A stretch of 64,000 bases of DNA, from contig OY253677.1 of the NCBI GenBank assembly GCA_958009085.1, positions 620,001 through 684,000 on the forward strand, in the 5' to 3' direction. A program made the translations under genes and the position numbers. The notes under the pieces are model-generated. The model was not told where the DNA came from, searched no databases, and saw only the letters and a list, made by a program, of their open reading frames with translations. This stretch comes from Protoeuglena noctilucae (lineage: Eukaryota). Positions within the stretch are counted from its first letter, which is position 1, and the number at the start of each line of letters is the position of its first letter. This document shows positions 13,795 to 28,453 of this stretch, piece by piece.

Positions 13795-14767
13795 GGCGCC
13801 CTCCGACGCGGCCTACGCCGCGCGCGGTCCGCAGACGCGAGCCGCGAGTCGCGGTTCCTCGCCCGGGTGCCAAGGGCCAGGGCGCAGAGACACCGCTCGC
13901 GCGAGATGGCAATAAACGTGGCCCGGGGAGGCAGCGGGCGCCTTTCCAGCGCTTCCTGCGAAGCCAGTCCGCCCGGTCAAACCGGATTGTGAGATCGCCG
14001 ACAGAAGGCATGGCGCAATGCGGTTTGGGAATTCGAAGGCCGGTATGACATGCTAGTAACGCGCGGTCGCTCAGCGCTAGCGCATCGCGCGTGAGCAGGC
14101 TGAAGAAGGCTGTTCTGGTTTCGCCCTACGATTCCGGGCTGTCCTGGGCAGGGAATATGGGCTTTGAGTAGCTGTCGGACGCAGCGTAGACCCCTGGCAG
14201 CGTAGGGTTCGCAGGCATCGCGGGGGCAGCGTCCCCAACCCTCGCGCACGGGCGACGCCGCGAGGGGCGCGCCATGGTGCGCAAGAAGCCAGTCCCGTCT
14301 CGCAGGGCTCATGCAGAAGGCGGCGGCAATGATGACGGGCAGGACAACGAGGTGAGTGATCGTTTGCGGGCCGCGTAAATGACAGCCCGGCCACGGCAGG
14401 CTCTTTCGCGCGCACGGCTGCGTCTCAATCGCGGATCCATCGCGAACCTGTTCTTTTGGTGACACAAAAACCAGACATGCGAAGCCTATGATTTCTCATC
14501 GACGCATTCCCTCCCCATTCGCGGCCCGCAGACCCCATACTTTGCCGAACAGGCCGCAGCGCTGGGTGCAGGGCTCGGCCTGGGCATATCGGTCGCGCCG
14601 GGCGGGCATCTGGCCGCGGCATTGCAGAACGCGCAGAGGCAAGTGGTGCTGTGTGTAAGGAGCGGTGGCTTTTCCACATCACGCGCTGGCGAGCCGCTCA
14701 GTCTCTTCGATTTGACTCCCTTCGCAGGCGGGAGGCGAGCGGCGTGTCGAGTAAAAGAGTCTCGTCC

Positions 14768-15172
14768 ATGAAACGCCCGCGGGAGGCCGGCCCGGCGCCG
14801 CTGCCGGTCAGCGCGGCCCTCGACGCAGACGCACCAGTGCTGACGCGACTCCCGCTGGCCCTCGCCGCCCCCGGCGGCCCCCCGCACCCGTCATCTATCG
14901 CACATATGCGATTGCTGCCGAGTACAAGTGCCAAGAGACCGCGCCAGACCGGAGTTTCAAGGACATCCAGTGGCGACGCGGCCGCAAGCGACACCCACCC
15001 TCATCCCAGCGTCAACGGCGAGCTCACCACCCTGGCAGCCAGCCCCGCCGGAGCGCCGGTGGCTTTGCACCTCACCGACGGCCGCATTGTCGATGCGACG
15101 ATCGACTGCGGTGCGGAGTCGGCAGAGCTTTTGGACGCCGCAACACGCAAAGGCGTCGTCTTGCTGGTGGTC

Positions 15173-15208
<36 letters not shown>

Positions 15209-18200
15209 GCAACAGTGGCGGCGGCTATATCCACCCCTCTTCCTGCATCTACTTCCGCACCCCCGCTCGCCACACCTCCACTCGCCGCCACGCCCCCCCC
15301 GCTCCCCTCTCCCCTCACCCTCGCCGTGGCCCTCTCCCCCCGCTTCCTCGCCAAGCACCGCGCCTTGAGCCCAGAGGATTTGACCACCCACCCCGCCCAG
15401 TCGGCGTTTCTGGCACTGGCACGCGCCCTGTCCCCCGCCCTCGCAACCACCCTCCACGACAGCTCATCGACTGCCCTTGGTTCCGACGCGCGCCCCTTCG
15501 ACACCGCGGCGCTATTCGAGGCAATTAAGCCTGGTCCCAATTGGCCAGAATACCGGGGTAGCTTGCCGGCGCTCGTACCTGTGTTGCGGCCTTACCAACG
15601 GCGCGCGGTGGCGTGGATGCTGGGAAGGGAGCGAGCAAGCGAGGTGGGTGATGCTTTTGGAGGAAATGGTGGGCGTCGTGTGCGGTTGGTGCGTGGGGTG
15701 ATGATGCGTGGCTGGGGTGCTGGAGGGGTGGCGGTGGCATGGGTGTGGGGGTGGCGTGCTTGCGAGTGGCGACGAATCAACAACTAGCTGCGTCACGATG
15801 ACACAAACACTGACATTGCTTTTCCTTTTTGTCGATTGCAGGGTGGCAGCGGCAGTGGGGTGCGTGTGGCTGCGGCTGCGGGTGCGGGTGCGACGGATGC
15901 ACTGCACCCACTATGGGCGCGGCTTCGCTGTGACAATGGTCGCGAGGTGTTTGTGAACACATTCACGGGCCGTGTGTCGGAGCAGCGGTTTGCTGCGAAG
16001 GGGCCTGCGAGCGTCCGCGGTGGCATCCTGTGCGACGAGGTGAGGAGGGGTGGCGGTGGTGGTGGTGGTGGTGGTGGTGGTGTTGAGGGTGAGGGTGGCG
16101 TGTGTTGTGCGATGAAGTAAGGGGGTTGATCTTGGCAGGGCCACCTTGATTGCTTGTTACCGGAGCTTTCTATTGTTGCAATTGCTGCCACATCTAGTGC
16201 CACTATCTAGTGTCTACTATGCAATACCACCCAACTATCGACACCCTTACTGCCTCGCTTATGACTCGCAGATGGGCCTGGGGAAGACCGTGGAGTTGCT
16301 GGCATGCATTCTGGCACATCCACGGGGAGAGGGGGATGGGATGGGGGGCGATGCTGATGACAGCGACGGTGATAGCGATGGTGGGGAGAGTGATGGGGGG
16401 GAGGGCATGGATGGGGGCAGTGGTGGTGGTGGTGGGGGTATAGGGGGCAGGGGTGGGGGCAGTGGTAGGTATTTGAGGGGGGTTGGCATGAGGGGCAGAG
16501 GTGGGGGCAGCGGTGGTGGGGATGGCATGGGTGGGAAGGGCGGCGGTGGGGATGACAGCAATGCGGATAGCGATGTGGATGTGGATGTGGATGATCATTC
16601 CGACACAGCCACCCGCTGCGCTGCGTGCGGGAGCAGGGCGGAGGACCGGTGGTGGGTGCAGTGCGACGATTGCGGTGCGTGGCTGCATCTGCGGTGCACG
16701 GGGCTCAAGAGGGTGCCTGGGAGGGAGGAGGCGTTCGCGTGCAACGATTGCGTGGTGAAGAGGGTGCAGGTGAGTTGGGGAGATGCATGGGTGTGTTGTG
16801 ATATCACTGCCAGCGAGTGCGTGGTGAAGAGGGTGCAGGTGAGTGAGATGGGGTCGTGGTTGTGATGAGCGTGTGGGTGTGACGAGTGCGTGGTGGAGAG
16901 GGTGCAGGTGAGCTGCTCTGTCTGTCCCCATCTCATTTCTCTCTCTTTCACCTGGCTTCACTTGTCAACGCCCCATCCCTGTCATCCACCCCACTTTTTC
17001 ACCCACCCCTCCCGCCCCACCAACCCCCACCCCTCCCCCCCATCTCTCTCGATTACACATGGCTTCACTCTGATCACCCCACCCCAACCCCCTCTCCCCC
17101 ACCCCCCCCAGCGCCCCCGCCCCCTCCCCAGCCCAGCCACGCTCGTCGTCTGCCCCCAGCCCCTCCTTCGCCAATGGGCAGAGGAGATACACCGTCATAT
17201 ATTGCCAAATACACTGCGCGTGGTTATCTACAGAGGGCAAGGGGCTGCGACCAGCAATGCGGCATTGAGGGTGGTGACGCCGGAGGAGCTGGCGGGGGCG
17301 GATATCGTGCTGACGACCTACGACGTGCTCAGGTGCGAGGTTGTTTGTTATGATTGAGTTATTGCAAATTGCACCGTTATGATGTACATTTAGTAGGTGT
17401 TTATTTTGCTTGCCACCTACGACGTGCTCGGGCGAGGTCGTTGTGGTTGTGTAGATGGTAGTGTTATTTATAATATCGAGTCCTTTATATTCAAACACCT
17501 TCCCCCCTTATCGCCCCTCGCAGGCGTGAGGTTCACCTCCACCCCTCCTCCTCCCCCCCCCGCCCCCTCCGGCGCCCCAAGCGCTTTGCGGTCGTGCCCA
17601 CCCCCCTCACCCGCGTGCAATGGTGGCGCGTGTGTCTGGACGAAGCGCAAATGGTCGACAGCGGCGCGAGCAAGGCGGCCGAGATGGCGCTGCATCTGCA
17701 TGCTGTCAATCGGTGGTGCGTGACTGGCACGCCCGTCAATCGCGGGATTGAAGACCTGCAGGGGCTGCTCATGTTCCTCAGGCGAGGGATACTAGTGGTT
17801 GGTGTTTTAATAGTTATGATAATAGTTGTAGTTGCAGCTATTGTGATTTGCAGGGGCTCCTCATGTTCCTCAGGCGAGAGAGGGGGTGGTTGGTTTAGTG
17901 TTATAATAATTACAATTATTGTATATAATGATTCTAACGATAATGGGTAAGCTCCATATGTTCCTTTTTCTGAGAATGATAATAATAATCAAACACATCC
18001 CCTCCCCCCCACCCACCCAGGCTCCCCCCTTGGTCCCACCGGCCCTGGTTCCGCCGGGCCATCCAAGACCCCGTGCTGGCGAATTCGAATTTGAATCCCA
18101 ACCCCGGCGATTTCAAATTCGAATTCAAACCTTCCCAAAACACCGACACCGCCCCCTCTTCTGCCTGGGCCGCGCTGCTCTCCGCGCTTCGCCCCGCCCG

Positions 18201-21200
18201 GGGCGGGGTGATGTGGCGAAACGGCAAATCTGACGTCAAAAACGAGCTGTGTCTGCCGGACCTGGAGCACGTGGGGACGCGGCTGAGGATGGAGGGGGTG
18301 GAGGTGAGGGAATGCGGGGTGGGGGTTGATAATTGGATAATATGTAGTAATTAAATAGTATGTGGCTGCTGGACAGTAGCTGATGATTAGACCTTCTCCA
18401 TTTATATATCAGGCAATCCCACCACACGCACACGATCACGCTCATATCTCGTCACTCACTCTCACCCACTCACTCATTCACTCACCCCCTCATCATCCCT
18501 TGTCCCTCCCCCCAGCGTCACTTCTACGTCCAGCAGCACAGCAAAGTGGTGAAAGAGGCACGGGCAGTGCTGGCGGCGTGGGCGGGGCAAGTGATGAGGG
18601 GGGCGGGGGGTGGGGGTGCGGTGGGTGGGGGTGGCGATGTGAGGGGTGGCATTGGGGGCGGGGAGGGAGTGGTGGGTGGGGACGGGGCAGGGGGTGCAGT
18701 GAGGGGTGGGGATGGGGATGGCGATAGGAGGGGCGGGGGACAAGCGGGGAGTGGTGATGGTGGTAGGGAGGGTGGCGGTGGGGACGGGGGTGGCGGTGCG
18801 GGTGCGGGTGCGGGGGCGGGTGGCGGTGCGGGCGAGTGTGCGGGTGCGGGTGCGGGTGCGGGGGTCAGTGCAGGTGCGGATGTGGGCACATCCCATGATC
18901 ATCAGGACCGTGCTTTGACGGATCGCGAGGCCCGCAAGTTGCTCAACTCCCTGCGCCGCCTGCGCCAGGCGTGCTGTCACCCCCAAGTGGGCGCGGGGGG
19001 GCTGAAGGGGCCACGGCAGGCCACGGCGCCCATGACCATGGACGAGGTGGGGTGGGGTGTGGGGGGTGGGGTATATGTTATATCAACACATATGAGATAT
19101 AATTGTTATTATATCAACATTTCATATTTTGGTTATTATTATTAAATGTAATTTATTTATTATTTTTATAGATAACAGATAAGGAATTACAAGTAATATC
19201 AATATCGAAGCTCCCTGTATCCCCCCCATCCAGGTCCTGGACGCGTTGGTGTCGCGCGCCCGTACCGACGCTGAGGAGGCGCAGCGTCTGCTGGTGGCGA
19301 GTCTGAATGGACTGGCAGCCCTCGCATTATTGCGGAACGAGCCGCACGAGGCGATCCGATATTACCGCGAAGCTCTGCGGCAGGAGGAGGCGACCCGGGG
19401 GGTCACGCGGGTGGACCCCTGGCAGCAGCTGCACACGATGGTGAGGGAAGGAATGGTTATTGTGAATATTATTGTAGAAATTATTGCAGTGAACTTATAC
19501 TCGTGTAGAAGTGGATGGCATAGAGGAGGGGTCACGTGGGTGGACCCCTGGCAGCAGCTGCACACCATAGTGAGGGGGGGGTGATAGTATGATGAGAGCA
19601 TTAATCGCACAGTGCTTGTGTTAAAATCTGCACATTGTTGCCTCTGGTTTTAATACTAGTAATTTTAAGATAATAGTATTTCATTTGAAACTAACATTAC
19701 CTCCCCTCCCCCCTCCGCAGCACAACCTGGCGAGCGTGATCGACGCTCACCCCGAGGCCCTCGCTGTTGCTGGCCACACGCGGAGGGACGGGTCACTGAA
19801 AGCGCAAGCGGCCGATATCGAAAACGGCCTCTTAGCCGCCAACACCGCGAAGCTGGTCGAGGAGGATCGGGAGTTCGCCAAGGCGAGGGGGTTGTGGGGG
19901 GGAATATGGTCATGATATTGTGATTGTACTATGTTTATTATTGTGATTATTATTTTATAGTTTATAATTCTCTTATATATACTATATACATGGATATTTC
20001 ATGAGATAACAATCGCTATTGGGTTAGGGTTAGGGTAGTGATAATTCAATCGTGTCTCGTCTTCCCCCAGGAGCTGGCTGCGTGGGAGGAGGCGAGGAGA
20101 GAAGCGAAAGAGTGCCTGGGTGGCAACGGGGAGCAGGGGTACGCGTTCGTCATCGACGCGCTCGAGAGGGGTGAGTAAAGTTGTAGTAAGTATATGCTAT
20201 ACTGTTGATAGCTACAATTAATTATGTGCAATGCTAGAGTGGTGCGCGTTCGTCATCGACGCCCTCGAGAGGGGTGAGGGGTGGCCGTGGATGTGATTGA
20301 TACTAACTGTGATGATAACGATGAACATTATTACCACTGCAATAATGATTTCGGTCATATACTAGTCGTCATAAACATGACTTGCCCCAACCCCCCTCCC
20401 CCCCACTCAGGCCTCCCCGATTCTGGCGCCGAGGTGGCCCAGTCCGTCAAAGACAAGCTGCTCGAAACGTTCGGGGATTCCTACAACAGGATCACGCAAG
20501 TGAACGCGGCGTCGCTGGGCAGGAAGTTTCAAACGCTATCCGGGCTCAAGGCGGTGCTGTTGCGGGCGATGGGGGAGGGGCAGCGGGCGAGGGAGAGGGC
20601 GAGGGAGGGGGTGGAGGAGATGAGGTGAGGGGGGGTGGGGGTGGGGATGGGGTGGGGTGTTGGTGATTGTCGAATTGCGTTGATTTTTGGTCAATATTAG
20701 ACTACATATCTATATTACCTATTGCACGCCCCTTCGCCGGCACCCCCCTTCAATAGATTTGATATTATAGTCACACATGTTTTATATACAAATGAGTACG
20801 TAATCATCAACAAATACTTCCTCACCCCCCACCCCACCCCAGGTCTCTGTGCTGGCACCCACCCCCCGCCCTTGTCTCCCTTGCCGGCCAGTGCCGCCAA
20901 TGCCGCACGGTCGATACCGGCGTGATTGGAATCGAATGCCGGCACTGCCAATTGGACAATATCGCCATCGGGCCTTGGGAAGCCACGCTGTTTGACGTGA
21001 GAGCAACGGCGGTGACGGCGGGGGGGAGCGTGAGTGCGGTGGATGCGGCTGCTGTGGCGGCTGCGAGGGTCAGGGATCGGATGGACAGGGGAGGGATACT
21101 GGGAGAGGGTGGGGGCGTGGGTGGGGTAGGTGATAAGGGTGGCAGTGGGGGCGAGAATGGCAGCAATGGTGGCAGTGGCAGTGAGGTGATGAATTTGAAT

Positions 21201-24200
21201 GCCGGGGCAGCAAGGGGCGGCGCGGCTGGGACGGTGACGGTGGTGCGCCATCCCAGTGAGGCCGAGCGCGTGCTGCACATGCTGGCGGCGGCCGCCAGAA
21301 ACGCGGGGAGGAGGGGGGGGTGAGAATTTGGATGGGAATGGGGATGTGAGGGTGTGGGGATGGGATGGGGATAGGGGAGGAGGGGGGGTGAGTGGTGTGG
21401 GGGAGTGCAGATGTGGGGATAGGGGTATGGCGATGTGGGGATAGGGGGAGAGAGGGTGGGTGAGTGTGAGTGTTGGGGGGGTTGGGAATGGGGTTGGATG
21501 CACATCACATCAAACTCACCCTTCTCACATTACATTCCACCATCACTCACCCCGCCCCACCCTACATCACACCCCACCACACTCACCCCACTCACCCCCT
21601 GCACATTCACACCCACACTCACCCCACCACTCACCCCACCCCCCAGCCCCGCCATCGACCCCTCCCTCCTGCAAGCATCCGAAAAGCACCTCGAGGCCAT
21701 CGCCAGAGAACGAAAGCTCTTCCTCAAAGCACGTTCGCTGCTACTGGCACAGCGCGGCACGTTGATTGCGAAAGATGAAATCGCAATGTGTTTGTCGCGC
21801 GTTAGGCTGCGGCAGGAGGGGGAGTGGGTGGAGGAGGGGTCTTTGGATGCGTTGCACAAGATTCGGGGATGGGAGGTGCCGGTGAAGACGAGGGAGATGG
21901 AGGGGGAGAGGGGTGAGTGTGTTGGTGTATTGGGGGGAGTAGGGGGTGAGGGTGGGGTGGAGGGGGTTAGTGAGGGGGGAGGAGGGTGGGGTGGCGTGGG
22001 GGAAGGGGTGAGGGTGAGGGCGGGTAACTGATGGGCTTATGAGGCACAGAGCTTTGGTAAATAGCTTTGGTTAATAAAGTTAGCAGCTATTACAGTTATT
22101 AGCAGTTAGCAGTTATTACAACTCATCCCCGTCATCCCACGCTATTCCCCCCCTTCTCGCAGCTGCCAGTGCCGCTGATCTGACCAAGGCAATGGGGTCG
22201 CTGCGGTATCTGTTAAACCTGCAAGCAGCGCAGAGGAGGGCGAGGGGGGCCAGGAATGCAGAGGGGGGTGCGGTGGGGGGTGGGGGTGGGAGTGCGGGTG
22301 GGGGTGGGAGTGGGAGTAAGAATGAGGGTGCGGGTGGTGGTGGAGGTGCGGGTGGGAATGAGGGTGGGAGTGAGGAGGGTGGAGGTGCGGGTGCGGGTGC
22401 AGAGGTGAAGGGTGCAAGCGCGGATGGGAATGAGGGTGCCGCCGCTGTTAAGCCGACGGGAGCGGATGGGGTGGCGGCGACGATGGCAGATGGGACGATG
22501 GCAGATGGGTCATCTCCTATTCAACCACCCACCGCTCCCCACCCCACCACCGCTACTCACCCCCCCACCACTCCCCCCGACCCCACCCCACCCCCCAACA
22601 GCGACTTCGCCCACCTCCCCACCTCCTGCCCCATCTGCCACGACGACCTAAACGCCGATCTGGCGATGTTCCCCTGCGGCCACGCGCTCTGCACGCGCTG
22701 CTGTTTCAAACTCCTCGAGCGCGCCAGAGCGCCCGTTTCGCACCATCGCCACGTGTCGTGCGCTATGTGTAAAGCGAGGGCAATGGCGGAGGACGTCGCG
22801 TTCGTGACTGGGGGAGGTGCGGGGGGTGCGGAGGCGGGTGCGGGTGCGCAAGTGACGAGCGGGGGGGTGGATGGGGAAAGTGCAGTGGCGTTGCGCGGCT
22901 CAACCACCAGCACCAAGATCGGCGCTGTGGTGCGGAGGATCAAGTATTTACTCAATGCGAATATTGACGAGAGAATCGTGGTGTTTAGTTCGTGGGGGGA
23001 GGTGCTGGATCTGGTGGGGCACGCTTTGGGGGAGAATGGGGTGGGGTTTGTGAGGGCGGCGGGGGGCAGGGACGTGGCGAGGGCTCTGGGGGAATTCAAA
23101 AATGGGTATGGCGGGGAGGGGAGGGGAGGGGGAGGTGGGGGGGTGATGCCTGGGGCGGTCGAGGCAGGGACGGTGGTGCGGGGTGAGTGGGGGTGGGCCA
23201 TGGTGGGTAATGATTGAAGGTAGTGAGTTGTTGTTGAGGGGTGACGGCTGGTGAGGGGTGGGGTGAATGAATGAAGGCAGCGATTGTTGTGGATGGCGGT
23301 GGGTGGTAATGGGCGATAGCGGTGGGGCAAGTGGGTGCAGTGCACCCCACACCCTCCCTCACCCCCCTCTCATCCAATCCCATCCCTCTCCCCCCTTCTC
23401 TCCCCCTCAGGCAAGCTCACCCAACAATCCCGCCCACCTCGCTCACGCCCACGCCCACCATCCACCCCCACCGCCACCACCACCCCCACCACCCCATCTC
23501 TGCTACCACCACCCGCCACCCCACCGCCCCCACCCCCACCCCGCGTGCTGCTGCTCCCCCTATCTCTGGGTGCCAATGGTTTGAATATCACAGAGGCGTG
23601 TCACGTGGTGTTCTGCGAACCACTGCTGGACCCGGGGGAGGAGGCGCAGGCGATCGGGAGGATACACAGGCGAGAGATAGATGGGGTAGATATTATATGT
23701 GTGGGTACATTTGGGTATGTAATGGGATGTATGTATGGGATAGTGATGGTTAGAATGGATGGACCCAGCTGACGAGGCGCAGGCGATTGGGCGCATTCAC
23801 AGGTGAGGGAAATATGTGTTTTGTTAATGTTGGTTTATAAAGGATATGTACCTGGGCTAGTTTGGAGGCAAGATTGGGAGGGATGCCTCACCCACTCACC
23901 CACTAACACCCTCACCCTCACCCACTCACCCCTCCACCACTCACCCTCCCTCACCCCCCTCACCCACTCACCCCCTCACCCCCACTCCCCATTCCCCTCA
24001 CCCCCCCAGGATCGGCCAGACTCGTCCCTGTTTCGTGCACCACTTCGTCATCGATAGCACAGTCGAGGACAACGTCTATCGATTGGCTGAGGAAAGGCGA
24101 TTGGTGATGGGGGTGAATGGGAGTAAGAGCGGGGGGCAGGGTGTGGGGGTCAGGCAGAGGGCGGAGTGGGGGCTGACGGTGGGGGAGGTGGCGAGGCTGC

Positions 24201-24217
24201 TGAGGGAGAGGGGGTGA
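14768..24217 (+). CDS. SHPRH: SHPRH-like SNF2 helicase / PHD / RING E3 ubiquitin ligase, multi-exon
   Basis: [27 protein letters not shown], a PHD finger (CAAC..CDDC..HLRC..CNDC), [24 protein letters not shown], a RING finger (CPICH..CGHALC..C..CAMC) and [13 protein letters not shown]. Confidence 0.92.
15173..15213 (+). repeat. (ACA)n trinucleotide repeat encoding poly-Thr in SHPRH exon 1
   Basis: acaacaaca... run in the reading frame that gives TTTTTTTTTTTT. Confidence 0.9.
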
Positions 24218-25331
24218 GGGGGGGTGAGGGGTGAGGGGTGAGGGAGGAGGGGTGGAGGGGTGAATGGAAGAAGAGTGAGGGAGTGGGAGGGGGAGAGGAG
24301 AGGGAAAGCAAGAGGGATAGTGAGGTGGAGAGGAGAGATGGGGCAGCTCAGCTCAATTCAATTTCTAAACACATGCGAGAGATGGCAGTTTCGCTTTAGC
24401 TGCACACGCGCTTTTCACTCCCCACTTCTATAGACGCTATAAATGCCTTTTACTGGCTCTATTGCGTCGCACCAGGCACCAGGCGGGCCCTTTTGTATTC
24501 CTCCACTTTCACTCTATCGCTTGTCGTGCCCGTATTGCTCTCAGGGCTGCATCGCCTGCTAACAGTCATCGCCTGCTGTCAGCCCCGCCACGGAGCGACA
24601 CCCGCACCCTGGGTGTGCACCCACTCAATTCAAACAGATGCTCTATTGCACTGGCTATACGCATACACCTGCACACCTGCACCTGCATCTGCATCTGCAC
24701 CGATGCGGAGCTCCTCTGACCGGCCTCGTCAGCCTTGCCAATGGACGTGCAATGATGAACCTTGGAAACCAAAGCCCCATTCGGGCGTGCCAGATTCTTG
24801 CAATTTACGCCTGCCGGGGTCGTTTGTTCAGCGTCATGCGCGTGTGGCCGTACTGCATTCCACGTACTTGACGACGTGGGTGGCTGCATGGGAGATATCC
24901 TATGCATATGCTCTCATCGTCGCAGAAAGCACGAGCTTGGGTGCCGCACCGTCACGCTGCTGGATAAGCGCTTCCATGCGACCGTGTACCACTTGCTCTA
25001 AGCAAAGGTCATTTTGCCGGGCCACGTGTCGCGTGCGGCACCCGAGCAGTCTAGCCTCGCTCGCACTGCTAGCTCACTCACTACACCTCTCTCAGGGACG
25101 TGCACGGCACCGCAGCTTCGCTCTGTTGCACTAAGTGCAGCATGCGGATGTGCCGACCTCGGTACAGTCAAACGGTACGGCCTGCTCGTCGCACCGATGT
25201 GAATGGCATGGGTGGGACGGGCACGCGGTGTCTTTTGACCGCCCCGAGGTCGGCGCGTGCGTGTGCTGTGCTTGCTGCAACATTGCCAAGCTGCGTGTGG
25301 TGTGCTATGCTCTAGGCTTTCTGCGACTCAC

Positions 25332-25778
25332 TGGTGTGGTGTGGTGTGGTGTGGTGTGGTGTGGTGTGGTGTGGTGTGGTGTGGTGTGGTGTGGTGTGGT
25401 GTGGTGTGGTGTGGTGTGGTGTGGTGTGGTGTGGTGTGGTGTGGTGTGGTGTGGTGTGGTGTGGTGTGGTGTGGTGTGGTGTGGTGTGGTGTGGTGTGGT
25501 GTGGTGTGGTGTGGTGTGGTGTGGTGTGGTGTGGTGTGGTGTGGTGTGGTGTGGTGTGGTGTGGTGTGGTGTGGTGTGGTGTGGTGTGGTGTGGTGTGGT
25601 GTGGTGTGGTGTGGTGTGGTGTGGTGTGGTGTGGTGTGGTGTGGTGTGGTGTGGTGTGGTGTGGTGTGGTGTGGTGTGGTGTGGTGTGGTGTGGTGTGGT
25701 GTGGTGTGGTGTGGTGTGGTGTGGTGTGGTGTGGTGTGGTGTGGTGTGGTGTGGTGTGGTGTGGTGTGGTGTGGTGTG
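25332..25778. repeat. Perfect (TGGTG)n pentanucleotide microsatellite, ~445 bp (~89 units)
   Basis: Uninterrupted gtggt units between the SHPRH and VPS4 3' ends. Confidence 0.98.
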
Positions 25779-26178
25779 CTCTGTGCAACTCACTTTGCAA
25801 GCCGCTGCGGCTGTCGTGCATTCGCAGCACCTGTCACACAAACACAGCTTGGTATACAAGAGTGTATACAAGTGCATCGCTATTCCCTCTCTCTTGAATG
25901 ACCCGCACAACTTGTTATCCCTTTATCCCTGAGTCAAAGCTACCTGTATGTGGCAAAAATTCAGACACCCCTCTCTTGATCTTCTTCAACCTCAGCACCA
26001 CTGCCGCCGCCGCCCTCGCGCCAACCCCACCAACGCTACCTCTCTCAACCACACCCTCCGCTCTTCATATCACCAATACCAACCGCACCCTCTACCCCGC
26101 CACCCCTACCCCACCCCAACTACCACCCTCACGACCCCCCCACCCCCCACCCCACCCACCACCCCACAACCCCTTCCC

Positions 26179-28453
<2,275 letters not shown>

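Noticed and set aside
16745..16912. Repeat-spacer pattern resembling a CRISPR array
   Set aside because: Eukaryotic intron context, the repeats are copies of the exon end and donor, there are only three units, and no cas genes are present.
20021..20037. GGGTTAGGGTTAGGGTAG telomere-like sequence
   Set aside because: Only about 2.5 units inside an intron, expected by chance in G/T-rich introns.
25135..25932. Long ORFs with (CGVVW)n or (HHTTP)n
   Set aside because: These are translations of the pentanucleotide microsatellite, with no evidence of coding.
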